Notes: generated by a model from the sequence alone, not told the origin. 64,000 nucleotides of DNA from an uncultured Verrucomicrobiae bacterium (GCA_963702845.1 OY969763.1:2624001-2688000); one strand, 5' to 3'; shown: positions 23,035-32,807, counted from the stretch's first letter. Program-made: numbers and translations.

Positions 23035-23448
23035 TTACTCCGGCGAAACTCTCCTGCGGAATTCTTTTTTGGAAGAGTGGCGGGATTTGTTGGCGAGCAT
23101 GCGTTCCTTCGCGCCGCGGCTGCGGCGGAGTTTTTGGCGGCGCGCCTTTTCAACCCTGGCGCGTTCGGCTGCCGTGCGTTCCTTTCGCATCGACTCGATC
23201 TTGTCGAGAAGGAGTTTGCGGGCGAGGAAGCGATTGAGGCCCTGTTGTCGGGTCTCCTGGCATTTGACCTGCACGCCGCTCGGACGATGGAGGAGCATCA
23301 CGCACGTGGCAACCTTGTTGACGTTCTGTCCGCCATGACCACCGGAGCGGACGAAGGATTCGTCGATATCGGTTTCGCGGACGCCGAGGGAAGCCATCCG
23401 TTGGGCGAGTTGCGTTTGTTTATCGGTTGAGACCTCGGAGGTGCTCAT
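23035..23448 (-). CDS. Peptide chain release factor-like peptidyl-tRNA hydrolase (ArfB/YaeJ-like)
   Basis: RSGGHGGQNVNK GGQ motif, short RF-1 domain with basic C-terminal tail. Confidence 0.85.
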   Translation of the reverse strand: MSTSEVSTDKQTQLAQRMASLGVRETDIDESFVRSGGHGGQNVNKVATCVMLLHRPSGVQVKCQETRQQGLNRFLARKLLLDKIESMRKERTAAERARVEKARRQKLRRSRGAKERMLANKSRHSSKKEFRRRVSPE

Positions 23449-23536
23449 GGCGGGAGGGTAGTGGTAAGGGCATCCGCTTGGAAGAAAACTTAGTTTGGTC
23501 CGAAATCGGTGGTGGGCGGAGATGGGCATCCGTAAA

Positions 23537-23715
23537 CTGCTGCTGGATAATTGGAATGAGTGGAGTGAGGGCCACTATATCGCGCCTCATCGCCAATATG
23601 GCTTCGGCTATCTGGACGCGGTGCGTCGGGTATTTTCAAGTGCGCCAGACAAACATGCTGATTTGGTCCCATTAGACATCGGGCTCGGCCCATACGAGCG
23701 GCGCGCGAAGGACGC
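23537..23715 (+). pseudogene. Orphan C-terminal fragment of a GH99-like/WbsX-family protein
   Basis: LLDNWNEWSEGHYIAP...YGFGYLDAVRRVF motif with no N-terminal part. Confidence 0.7.
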
Positions 23716-23755
23716 AGAGACACGAACCTTGCGAAACTCGGTCTCTGTTTTCCTT

Positions 23756-23829
23756 TAGCCTTTAGAATTTAGCCTTCGTTCCGCGCCGTTCCTACGGCAG
23801 CGGATACAAACATCCCGAGGCCGGCATAA
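23756..23829 (+). repeat. S repeat joined to L repeat (copy 3)
   Basis: Same S-L junction as 14560-14632; CGCCGTTCCTACGGCAGCGGATACAAACATCCCGAGG. Confidence 0.88.
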
Positions 23830-23965
23830 AAGACGCGGTTCATAGCCGGAACGATTCACTTCATCTGGCGAGCGAACGCGCCACCGCGTCGAACTATCGC
23901 GGGGGCAGTCAAAGGCGTAAAACTTTTCTGTCATATTTTTGTCCGGGCCGACATTTAATATATGA

Positions 23966-25270
23966 ATGAGCAACCTCTCTGACGGCGAATTGTTGGCACA
24001 ATTTGTCCGGAACAATTCCGAGACGGCTTTTTCCACCCTGGTGGAACGCCATCTGGCTTTGGTTCATTCCGTCGCGTTGCGACAAACCGACAATCCCCAG
24101 GACGCCCAGGACATTTCACAAGCGGTATTCATGATCCTGGCGCGGAAAGCTGCCACGCTCCGCTCCGGAACAGTCCTGCCCGGCTGGCTTTATCAAACGG
24201 CTCTTTTTACCGCGGCGAATTTTCAACGGGCTGAATGGCGGCGCACCCGACGAGAACAGGAAGCAGCTATGCAATTAGACCCGAACGAAGGTGCGCACGA
24301 CGTCGCTTGGCGTGAACTCAGCCCGCACCTCGAATCGGCCATGGCACGACTCAACCCAATCGACCGTGACGCGTTGGTGCTGCGCTATTTTCAAAACCGC
24401 AGCATGACCGAGGTTGGTGCTGCTTTCGGTTGGACCCAAAACACGGCGCAGCAAAGGGTCGGACGTGCGCTGGAAAAGCTTCGAAAACTTTTCGCCAAGC
24501 GAGGTTGTGTGGTGGGCGTGACTGCTTTGGCCGGAGTCATTTCGGCCAATGCAGTTCAGGCCGCGCCCGCTGGTTTAATAGGAACGGTAGCGAGCGGTGC
24601 ATTGTCGTCTGGCGCGGCAGCAGGCAGTTCAGCATTCACCATGGCAAAAGGAGTTTCGAAGATCATGGTTTGGATGAAAATCAAAACCGCAGCCGTTGCT
24701 ACAATTGGACTATTGATGATCGGCGGAATCTCGACAGCAACGTGGGCCACCTTTTTTAAGCCGAGAATTGTTTTCAGTTCATTCGGCTCAACAGAAAAAT
24801 ACGACAAGTCTGGTTCCTGGGCTGTCTATGATACCGGCAAGCCTGGCAAACGCGATGGCTACCGCGGGCAGGCAGAATGGTTTTCGCCGAACATCAACGG
24901 ACGATTGAAAACGATTGAAGCCGCCATTCGCTGCGACCGGCGAAACGGCGGACCGCTTGATTTTTCCATTACTGAAGACGGAAACGGCATTCCGGGAAAA
25001 GTCCTGGAACATTTTTCAGTTTTACCATCCGCCGTCGGTAAAGGTTCGATACTTGTTTTGAATTCAACGGCAAAACCAAAACTGCAAGCGGGCCAAAAAT
25101 ATTGGTTGTGCGCCGAGCCTGTGGATTCGTCGAGCCAGTGGGGCTGGTCTTTCAACAATCAGAATCTGGCAACGGGTCATGCCTACGCGGTGGAACGAGG
25201 GGAAGGGAAATGGGAATTTTTCAAAGGCGGGCCCAACAATGGCGCGTTCAGCGTCGCCGTTTCTCCATAA
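23966..25270 (+). CDS. ECF sigma-70 factor with TM linker and C-terminal extracytoplasmic (choice-of-anchor R-like) domain
   Basis: SDGELL...AFSTLVERH...DAQDISQAVF...GWLY sigma2; LVLRYF...QRVGRALEKLR sigma4; hydrophobic segment; beta-sandwich tail. Confidence 0.88.
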   Translation: MSNLSDGELLAQFVRNNSETAFSTLVERHLALVHSVALRQTDNPQDAQDISQAVFMILARKAATLRSGTVLPGWLYQTALFTAANFQRAEWRRTRREQEAAMQLDPNEGAHDVAWRELSPHLESAMARLNPIDRDALVLRYFQNRSMTEVGAAFGWTQNTAQQRVGRALEKLRKLFAKRGCVVGVTALAGVISANAVQAAPAGLIGTVASGALSSGAAAGSSAFTMAKGVSKIMVWMKIKTAAVATIGLLMIGGISTATWATFFKPRIVFSSFGSTEKYDKSGSWAVYDTGKPGKRDGYRGQAEWFSPNINGRLKTIEAAIRCDRRNGGPLDFSITEDGNGIPGKVLEHFSVLPSAVGKGSILVLNSTAKPKLQAGQKYWLCAEPVDSSSQWGWSFNNQNLATGHAYAVERGEGKWEFFKGGPNNGAFSVAVSP

Positions 25271-25329
25271 AACCAACGTTTGAAAACAAACTTTAGATTA
25301 GAACAAAAACAAAAACCACAACACACATC

Positions 25330-26085
25330 ATGAAAAAATTCCAAACAATGTTGGCCTTGATGGCTCTGAGTTCGGCACTGACGGCATTCGCCGCTCCGGA
25401 AAAAGACGCGCCGGCGACCGCTGAGGATCTGCTAAAAAAATTCGACGCCGCTCTGAAAGCAAAAGACAAAGATGCAGTGCTGCACCTTTTCGATTGGCAA
25501 GGGGTCTCCGCCGAAATCAGGAGTATGCACGAGCGCGTCACTGTGCAAGTGCTGCTCAGAGCGCCCGTGAAGAGCATCAAACTCGCCCCGTTGCCAGCCA
25601 GCCAGATAACAGAGTTTGAACGCAATGGCGTTCGATACCGCCCCAACGTGACGATCGTTGGCATCATCGATGTTCAGTTTGCGACGCAAGGCACGCATTC
25701 GTCTGCAGCGCAGGTGCCCTATGGAAAAAAGGACGGTCATTTTTATCTGTCCAATACTATTGAAGAACGAGTTTCCACGGAGCCGGCAGTCAAAGAACAG
25801 CCATTAAACATCAGTATTCAGGGCACCATCTCGCCGAACCCGGCAATGTTCGAAGGCAGCTACGTCTATCTCAAGGGCGGTAAAGAGGTCAAAGAAAGCA
25901 TCGTTGACGAATTTCATCACGGGAATACGAGCAAAGCGTTTTGGGGCGACCGGATCAAATCCTGCACTGTGCGAAAAACCTCGGCCGATGGACAAATCAG
26001 ATTGATGATCTCCGAGGGCGGCAAAGAAATATTCAAATCGGAATGGGAGACAAGCGATAAGCCAATTGTGTATGCTCCAAAATAA
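25330..26085 (+). CDS. Secreted hypothetical protein
   Basis: Clear signal peptide, 251-aa ORF downstream of the sigma factor. Confidence 0.75.
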   Translation: MKKFQTMLALMALSSALTAFAAPEKDAPATAEDLLKKFDAALKAKDKDAVLHLFDWQGVSAEIRSMHERVTVQVLLRAPVKSIKLAPLPASQITEFERNGVRYRPNVTIVGIIDVQFATQGTHSSAAQVPYGKKDGHFYLSNTIEERVSTEPAVKEQPLNISIQGTISPNPAMFEGSYVYLKGGKEVKESIVDEFHHGNTSKAFWGDRIKSCTVRKTSADGQIRLMISEGGKEIFKSEWETSDKPIVYAPK

Positions 26086-26253
26086 ATGCGTCGTGTTTAG
26101 CGGACAAAGACCACCTGTACCCAAACGCGCCAAGTGTTTGGGGCTTTATTTCTGATCGGCTTCGTATTCCTTATTTGGTCTGGAAGGGTGATTCCGGCCA
26201 CGTCGGCGGCGATGTACCTTGAAGCTAACCAATCGCCGAACCCGACCGTCCGG

Positions 26254-26311
26254 GCGGCGATCGATAAACGCAGCCGGCCTATCGCAGATTCAAGGAAGGT
26301 CACATCTGCAC
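26254..26311 (+). pseudogene. Internal 3'-proximal fragment of the Gfo/Idh/MocA gene (AAIDKRSRPIAD..EGHI)
   Basis: Homologous to 13896-13954, with mostly third-position substitutions and a 1-nt indel. Confidence 0.8.
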
Positions 26312-26362
26312 TAAAGGCAAAAATTTGAATCCTTTTCGCATCGGCGGCCATATGCTTGTAAG

Positions 26363-27575
26363 ATGATCGGTGATGACATGGAGTTGGTCCGGGACTATGC
26401 CCGACGCGGGTCCGAGGAGGCCTTCGCCACGCTGGTGTCGCGCCATGTCAATTTGGTTTACTCGGTCGCGCTGCACCAGCTTCGTGACACTCATCTGGCG
26501 GAAGAAGTTACCCAGGCCGCTTTCATCATTCTGGCGCGAAAGGCCGGCTCGCTCGATTCGAAAACGATTCTCTCAGCCTGGCTCTGCCGCACCGCGCAAT
26601 ACTGCGCCGCCGATGCCTTGCGATCTCAGCGCCGCCGCCAAATCCGCGAACAGGAGGCCTACATGCAATCCACGCTAAATGAAACTGAGCCCGACTCGGC
26701 CGCATGGCAGGACATCGCTCCGCTGCTGAACGTCGCCATGGCGGGATTGGGCGAGAAGAATCACAGCGCACTCGTGCTCCGGTATTTTGAAGGCAAGGAT
26801 TGGAAACAGGTCGGGGCCGAACTGGGCATCGACCAACGAACCGCCCAGACCCGCGCCAGGCGCGCACTGGAAAAATTGCGCAAGTTTTTCGTCAAACGCG
26901 GAATCGACCTGGCGTCCACGGTCGATTGCCGGAGCGATTTCCACCAACACTGTCCAGGCCGCGCCGGTCGCGCTTTCAAAAACCGTAACGAGTATCGCGC
27001 TGGCCAAAGGCGCGACGGCTTCCGCATCAACCTTAACCCTTATCAAAGGAGCATTAAAACTTATGGCATGGTCAAAAACAAAATCGACGGTCGTCGTATG
27101 TGTGGTAACTCTACTGCTTGGAGGCGGGATCGCCACCATCGTCCTCAAGGCGAAGGCACGCGCGGCCCTCGCCAACGATCCCGTCGCCTACCAGTTCCGA
27201 AATCAATCGCCAATCGCAACCGACAAATTGAGAGAACAACTCATCGGGAATTGGGCGCTCGAAGCCAAGAGGCTGGGCGTCGATAAAAAATATAGCCATT
27301 TCAACGACAACAACCGCCTGAAAATGTGGACCGAGACCAATTGGGCCATCATCACTTACGATGCCAAGTCGAATGTCGTGTACTCGGCCAGCGGCTCCTA
27401 CGAATTGCAAGGCGACCTTTATACCGAAACAATCGAAAAGGCAACCGGCACCATGGCCAGTTACGTCGGCGCCCGTCCGAAATTCAGACTGCGCGTCGTT
27501 GGCGATAAATATTATCAAACGGCACTGGGCGACAAGCCCGGGCTTCAGGAAATTGGCCATCGCCTCCCGCAGTGA
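26363..27575 (+). CDS. Second ECF sigma-70 factor with C-terminal extension (apparent frameshift near 26915)
   Basis: ORFs 26363..27286 and 26787..27575 join; sigma2/sigma4, 'ISTNTVQAAP' linker, TM segment, different C-terminal domain. Confidence 0.82.
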
Positions 27576-27585
27576 CGCCCAATGC

Positions 27586-27629
27586 TCGGCAAGGAGACAC
27601 TTTACTTTTTTGGCCAATTCGAGATTCGC
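27586..27629 (-). pseudogene. Displaced copy of the 3' end of the 29631-31001 gene (ELAKKVKxLLA)
   Basis: 40/44 identity to 29635-29678. Confidence 0.8.
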
Positions 27630-27689
27630 GAAAGGTCGCATTGGCTTTTTGTCATGCATTATCGTCAATTGCTGATTACGATTCTGCGA

Positions 27690-29507
27690 ATGGCTGTCAG
27701 GTTTCATCGCCTCATTCCAATAATTCTGGCCTGTCTTGTATGGGCGATTGGTATGTTCCCCGTGTTCGGTAAGGACGCGTTTGATGTCACGGCAAAACAG
27801 ATCGACAGAAAAAATTTGCGCCCTCTAGGGCCAGAATACGCTTGGGAAACTGTCACATGGGGGTTCTACCTCGATGGGCATGGATTACCAAATCATTACG
27901 GCACGTTCGTCGTAGTGAGGGTTCCCAATCAGCCAAAATCAAAGCGGGAGTTGATCTGGCCTGCGTTTGCCTATGGATACGAATCACCAAATGCCGCCGT
28001 GCTGGATGGCCGAATTGTTTTTACGGCGGCAATGCCGGACCACACACCGGTCTTGATGGCGCATAAACCAGGCAGCCCGCCAATGGTCATCTCACCTGCC
28101 GTCCTGCGATTGGCCGCTCGACGACTGGGACGAACCATCGTTGTCCCCGAAAAAGATTATTATTTCAGCCAGGTCCGACTTCCGCCCGGACGCATCTGGT
28201 TGAAAGCCTCAACGATGCCCTCCAAGTCATACTCTGGCGACACGGCGTTTATCGTGGAACTTACCAGCGCTGACCTCGATCACGTAATCGATGAAACGGT
28301 AGAACAAGGTCGCCCACTCAAAGCCAAAACGTTTAATTACATTGCCGAGGACGCTTATTTTACGCGGCTAAACCGGCAGTCCTATCCCACTGACGCGCCG
28401 ACTGCGCCAAACCCAAGCTTGCGCGTAGAAAACGCATATGTCCCCGAAGACGAGCGATTGTATGGAAACGGGTTGGTGGACGTCGTCAACCGCTTCGCCT
28501 ACTTCAGCACGGTTCATGAGCCGGGCCGGATTCTAAAAGTGTCGCCAGGCGACCAACAGACTGATCCACCACGAGTAGTCGGCGCGGTGGTTATGGAACC
28601 AGAGGAAAACGATTGTTTTTATGGAACGATCGAATCCGCGGGCGGCTATGCATATTACAATGCCAAGTACGGTCGCTTGGTGAAAATTGCGCTGGGCAAA
28701 GGTGATGCAGCACCCAAGCGCATCGGTTCGTTGCTCCTTGCAAAAAATGACAGCGTCGGCCCCGGTGTAGCCGATTCCGGTGCGGGTTACGGATGCTTTT
28801 CCGGTAGAGGCAAAATCTTCAAAATCAAACTTGGCAAAGGAGACGAAATGTCGAGCCTCATTTCGACGCTGGAGCTGCCCGATCGAGCAGAGGAGATCGT
28901 GTCAGCGGTCTTGGATCCATCAACGCACGAGGTGTTGCTGGGTAGTGAATACAACATGATTTATAAACTCGATCTGGGAACCAACGAGTCCCCTCCCCGC
29001 ATCATCGGCACGATCGAATTGCCGAGGGATCAGGGCGGTTTTCGAGGCGCGCTGCTGGACCCGCGAAAGAGGTGTTGTTGTTTCATTTCGCATTTTGGTT
29101 TCGTGATCAAAATTTCCATTGGAGATAAGAACCAACCGCCGAAACTTCTCGGAGTGATGCAGGTGCCCAATAGCTTTCGCTATCTTGAGCACACGTTCGG
29201 CAGCGACAATTCTGGTTACGGTTATCTTGGCGCGGACGGCTCCGGTGATTCGCAGGCAGCAATTTTGAAAATCGATCCAGGGAATGAATCTGCTGCATTG
29301 CCACGAATTGTCGCCACACTTCCGCTGAAGCCGGGCGAGGACTACATCGCCGGCGGCGTCACAGCCCCGTGGCAAGACGCGCTCTGTTTGGGAATCGGAA
29401 CCGGGCCTTGTACATTACAAAAATTGAGTCTCGGAAAAGCTGAAAAGTCCCCAACGATCGTATCCAAAACGAAACTTCTCGCCTACCCTTACGGGGAACA
29501 CCAATAA
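27690..29507 (+). CDS. Secreted hypothetical protein with beta-propeller-like repeats
   Basis: Signal peptide; repeated 'GYAYx...xVKIxLG...PxxIGxL' units. Confidence 0.7.
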   Translation: MAVRFHRLIPIILACLVWAIGMFPVFGKDAFDVTAKQIDRKNLRPLGPEYAWETVTWGFYLDGHGLPNHYGTFVVVRVPNQPKSKRELIWPAFAYGYESPNAAVLDGRIVFTAAMPDHTPVLMAHKPGSPPMVISPAVLRLAARRLGRTIVVPEKDYYFSQVRLPPGRIWLKASTMPSKSYSGDTAFIVELTSADLDHVIDETVEQGRPLKAKTFNYIAEDAYFTRLNRQSYPTDAPTAPNPSLRVENAYVPEDERLYGNGLVDVVNRFAYFSTVHEPGRILKVSPGDQQTDPPRVVGAVVMEPEENDCFYGTIESAGGYAYYNAKYGRLVKIALGKGDAAPKRIGSLLLAKNDSVGPGVADSGAGYGCFSGRGKIFKIKLGKGDEMSSLISTLELPDRAEEIVSAVLDPSTHEVLLGSEYNMIYKLDLGTNESPPRIIGTIELPRDQGGFRGALLDPRKRCCCFISHFGFVIKISIGDKNQPPKLLGVMQVPNSFRYLEHTFGSDNSGYGYLGADGSGDSQAAILKIDPGNESAALPRIVATLPLKPGEDYIAGGVTAPWQDALCLGIGTGPCTLQKLSLGKAEKSPTIVSKTKLLAYPYGEHQ

Positions 29508-29630
29508 AAATCGCGACGAGTGCCGAAAGCGGATCATCGGAATTGATGCTCGCCGCAGGAAAATGGCGGGAACGGCGGGGGCTCCAACCGATGCAAAACC
29601 AATAAAAGACACCACTAGTAAGCTAGAAAA

Positions 29631-31001
29631 TCAGTCGGCAAGGAGGCGCTTTACTTTTTTGGCCAATTCGGGATCCGCACCCATTTTCTCGAGCGCAAGT
29701 TTTCGGTCGCGGGTGGCGACGTCGCGCCTGATTGTTTCAAGGTCGGACTCAACGTGCGGCACCGCGATGAGACTGATGCTCCCCATCTCGTCTTTGGTTT
29801 GTTCGCCCCACTCGACATGGATAGGCGGGGTCGACGGGTTGTGCGGATTGTCCGCCGAGTTGTCCCAATGAATTTCCGACGAGAGCGTGGTTCCTTTGGG
29901 CAACGGAACGAAGTCTTTGAAATAATACCGGTCCTGCCAGGCGAAATCCCAGTCCTTGATGAGCAGAAGCGTCTTCACCTGGCCGTCCGGGAGCGTCGCT
30001 GTCATTTTCATTTGCGTGGCGAGGTAATGCGCGTGCGCGCTCACGCCGACTCCATCCACCGCGACCGGCAAGGTATAGGAATCGCGCAGGACAAAATCCT
30101 TTTGACCGGCGGGAATATCGAGTCCCGAAAAGAGCGAATAGTGCGGAGGCAATTGAATGCGGGTGATGTTTCGTTCGGGCGCTTTTTTGGCGAAGTAAAA
30201 TCCGATCCGCGATTTTTCAACCTCCGGCTTGCCGGTGGGATGGAAATGATATTGGACGATGAAGTCCGATCCCGCCGGCACTTTGAGCGCAAGGCCGTTC
30301 GGAAGGAAATGCGGTTGCGCACCGACTGCCCAACCGCCGAGCGGAAGCACCTGACGACCGCCGGGGCGCATACCGTTGAAGCCGGGTTCGGCGCCCTGGG
30401 ACGGGCGTAAGTGGGCGTGGCCGCTGCCGTCAGCGAAATAGAGAACGTGATGGACGACGGCGCGTGCAGAAGGCTTCATGTCAATGGCCGTGATCCATTT
30501 GTCCTCGGCCAAACCAAGTTGAACCGGAATATTGCGATAGATGTCCGGCCCGTCGGCGGGGACATGAAAACCCGCAGGCATCTCAATCACGAGGTCGGGT
30601 TCGCCCAGTTGCCAACCAGAGGCGAATTTCGGCGGCGTGGGTTTTTGGGAGGAATCGCCCTCGAGCATGCCGGCGGCGACCCAGGCTTTAATCGTGGCGA
30701 TTTGCTGCTCAGTGAGACGGCGTTCATCGCGATAGGCGTAGGAGGCAGGTTCGGCTTTCCACGGCGGCATGTTGTGCAACGAGACGGCCTTGCCGATCGT
30801 TTTGCCCTTTCGTCGCACATCCTCATACGACAACAGGGAAAACGGGGCCGCTTCGCCCGGACGATGGCACGAGGAACAGTTTTGATAAATGATGGGGGCG
30901 ACCTGGTTGTTGAACGTGACGGCGTCGCCCGCCTGAACGACTCGTGCCGCGAATGTCAGCGCGAGAAATACGGCGAACTTTTGAACACAGTGGGCTTTCA
31001 T
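29631..31001 (-). CDS. Cytochrome c / copper type II ascorbate-dependent monooxygenase-like fusion
   Basis: CSSCH heme motif and MPPW; HHVL, QYHFH, SAHAHY and DEMG copper-ligand motifs. Confidence 0.8.
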   Translation of the reverse strand: MKAHCVQKFAVFLALTFAARVVQAGDAVTFNNQVAPIIYQNCSSCHRPGEAAPFSLLSYEDVRRKGKTIGKAVSLHNMPPWKAEPASYAYRDERRLTEQQIATIKAWVAAGMLEGDSSQKPTPPKFASGWQLGEPDLVIEMPAGFHVPADGPDIYRNIPVQLGLAEDKWITAIDMKPSARAVVHHVLYFADGSGHAHLRPSQGAEPGFNGMRPGGRQVLPLGGWAVGAQPHFLPNGLALKVPAGSDFIVQYHFHPTGKPEVEKSRIGFYFAKKAPERNITRIQLPPHYSLFSGLDIPAGQKDFVLRDSYTLPVAVDGVGVSAHAHYLATQMKMTATLPDGQVKTLLLIKDWDFAWQDRYYFKDFVPLPKGTTLSSEIHWDNSADNPHNPSTPPIHVEWGEQTKDEMGSISLIAVPHVESDLETIRRDVATRDRKLALEKMGADPELAKKVKRLLAD

Positions 31002-31004
31002 ATT

Positions 31005-31562
31005 TTATTGGATGACGCAGCCAATGGCTTTGGTTTCCTTGAGTTTTACCGGTTGGCCCGCGGCGATGGCGTCCAACGCGTCAATCAAATCATGTTGCCG
31101 AACCGATGCACGCTTTTTTCCAAACGCGGCATAGTTGTCATCGATGCGTCCCCGATATAACACCTCGCCGTTTTTTCCGAAGACGACGGCTTCCGGCGTT
31201 ACAGTGGCGCGCGCGAGTTTTACGAGCTGATGTTTGGGATCGAGCAAAACCGGCATGGAAAGATGATACTGTGTGGCGTGCTCCCGGGCGGCGGCAGGCG
31301 TGAGTTCCGGATCAACCTGGACGATATAAAATGCGCAGTTGGTGTGGCTGGCGGCGATGCGATTCAACTCGGGAGCGTAGCCATTTGAGACGGGACAATC
31401 CTGCCAGAAAAAAACCAGCACCGAAGCGTCCTTCTCCGCCGGCTTCAACGGGTGGCGAGCCACATCGGCCAAATCGCGGAAGACGACGTCAGGCAACGGG
31501 TCCGGCGCCGCAAGGCATAGACTCGCTGCGAAACAAAGGATGGCGCAAAGATATCGCATCAT
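31005..31562 (-). CDS. Redoxin (AhpC/TSA-like) protein
   Basis: DCPVS, TVTPEA, YRGRIDD, AIGC. Confidence 0.85.
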   Translation of the reverse strand: MMRYLCAILCFAASLCLAAPDPLPDVVFRDLADVARHPLKPAEKDASVLVFFWQDCPVSNGYAPELNRIAASHTNCAFYIVQVDPELTPAAAREHATQYHLSMPVLLDPKHQLVKLARATVTPEAVVFGKNGEVLYRGRIDDNYAAFGKKRASVRQHDLIDALDAIAAGQPVKLKETKAIGCVIQ

Positions 31563-31567
31563 GATAA

Positions 31568-31588
31568 AAACATCCGGAGCCGGTATAA
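31568..31588 (+). repeat. L repeat, copy 4 (KHPEPV*)
   Basis: AAACATCCGGAGCCGGTATAA. Confidence 0.7.
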
Positions 31589-31607
31589 CGACCTCAAAGG
31601 CCAGAAT

Positions 31608-31970
31608 CTAGTTCTTTGGCGCGTATTTTTGTATCCAAGGCTCTGGCTTATTGCCCAAATCTTCGCCCGTCTTCGTGCGCAAATACCCAATTATATCTCG
31701 AATGACATTCGTCCGCTGAAGATTACAAACCTGGTCGAGCGGTGACCCTTCTCTCTGCTTCATATTCAGGCCGTAGCTAGCGTACGATAGGCGCTTAGCC
31801 GCTTCTGGAACATTCGTGCCAAGCGCCTCATCGCGATACCGCTGCAAACCGAATACTTCTCTCTGGGCGTATGCAACTTCCACGTTTCGAGTCATGTCGC
31901 CGAGAAAGTGAATCACGACAATGAAAAACACTCCAAGCCCAGCCCATACTTTTATCCATCGAGGAATCAT
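31608..31970 (-). CDS. Small membrane-anchored hypothetical protein (cassette cargo 3)
   Basis: N-terminal TM segment, 120 aa; start shortly after GTTGAGGC. Confidence 0.7.
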   Translation of the reverse strand: MIPRWIKVWAGLGVFFIVVIHFLGDMTRNVEVAYAQREVFGLQRYRDEALGTNVPEAAKRLSYASYGLNMKQREGSPLDQVCNLQRTNVIRDIIGYLRTKTGEDLGNKPEPWIQKYAPKN

Positions 31971-31999
31971 AGGTTCAGTATGGCCTCAACAATTAATCC

Positions 32000-32049
32000 A
32001 CGAGCAGCAGGTTGTATATCACCAACCTGCTGTTCGTCGCAATTCAATC
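32000..32049. repeat. R hairpin repeat, copy 3
   Basis: ACGAGCAGCAGGTTG-TATATCAC-CAACCTGCTGTTCGT, with a compensatory pair relative to copy 4. Confidence 0.85.
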
Positions 32050-32106
32050 ATGGGACATCTTGGTGGCCGGGTCGCTGAAAAAAGGCTAAATGCTAAAGGG
32101 AAAAAC

Positions 32107-32190
32107 TACCGATGGCGCGGACGCGGAACCAGAGCTTGCTGCCGCTGGTCAATCCTTTCAACGCAAACTTGGATTTCTCAGAACAAGCGG
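32107..32190 (-). pseudogene. Relic of a fibronectin type III domain C-terminus
   Basis: Reads SEKSKFALKGLTSGSKLWFRVRAIG, with no start codon. Confidence 0.6.
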
Positions 32191-32366
32191 AGCATTGATA
32201 CCGTACGTCAGCGGTTTATCGAATCCCAAAAAAAGATTTCAGAGACTTCAATTGAAACAAAGTTTCATTTGTCCTTTCGATGATCTCAGGTCGGACTCCG
32301 CTGGAAAACACCCTTGTTCGCAAATCAAAAACCAGATAACAATCGTTCGAAAAAAACATAGAATAA

Positions 32367-32807
32367 ATGGAAAAAATCATCCCCCTGATCAGCTCCGGGA
32401 CGGAAGGTCCGCTTGGTTTAAAACATCTTCCCAGGCTATGGATAAAAACTTTACTGAGTGCGACTGGGCGACTTCCGGAAGGGTACAAGGACATTCGGCC
32501 GGGGTTTGACTTTGTCGTGTTGGAAGGTCTAGGGATCAATCCTGACTCTGCTCGCGAATTTATTTTCAACAATCGACCTACCTATCTGTCTTTTGAAAAA
32601 TGGATCTCCGAGCAGCCCGGCGTGGATGTTTCTCAAGAGAACATTTCGAAAATCAACGCGCTCCTGGTGGGCAGAATGAAAGCGCCCGAGGCTCGATTCG
32701 AAATACTCAGAGAAAGCGGATTGCCTGAAGATACTCCGATAAAGGATGGGATCATGATAAACAATCTGGACGATTGGAAATCAGTTCATGATCAGGTGAC
32801 AAAATGA
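32367..32807 (+). CDS. DUF5069-like protein
   Basis: IPLISSG..GPLGLKHLPRLW...NNLDDW; lower GC than flanks. Confidence 0.75.
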   Translation: MEKIIPLISSGTEGPLGLKHLPRLWIKTLLSATGRLPEGYKDIRPGFDFVVLEGLGINPDSAREFIFNNRPTYLSFEKWISEQPGVDVSQENISKINALLVGRMKAPEARFEILRESGLPEDTPIKDGIMINNLDDWKSVHDQVTK

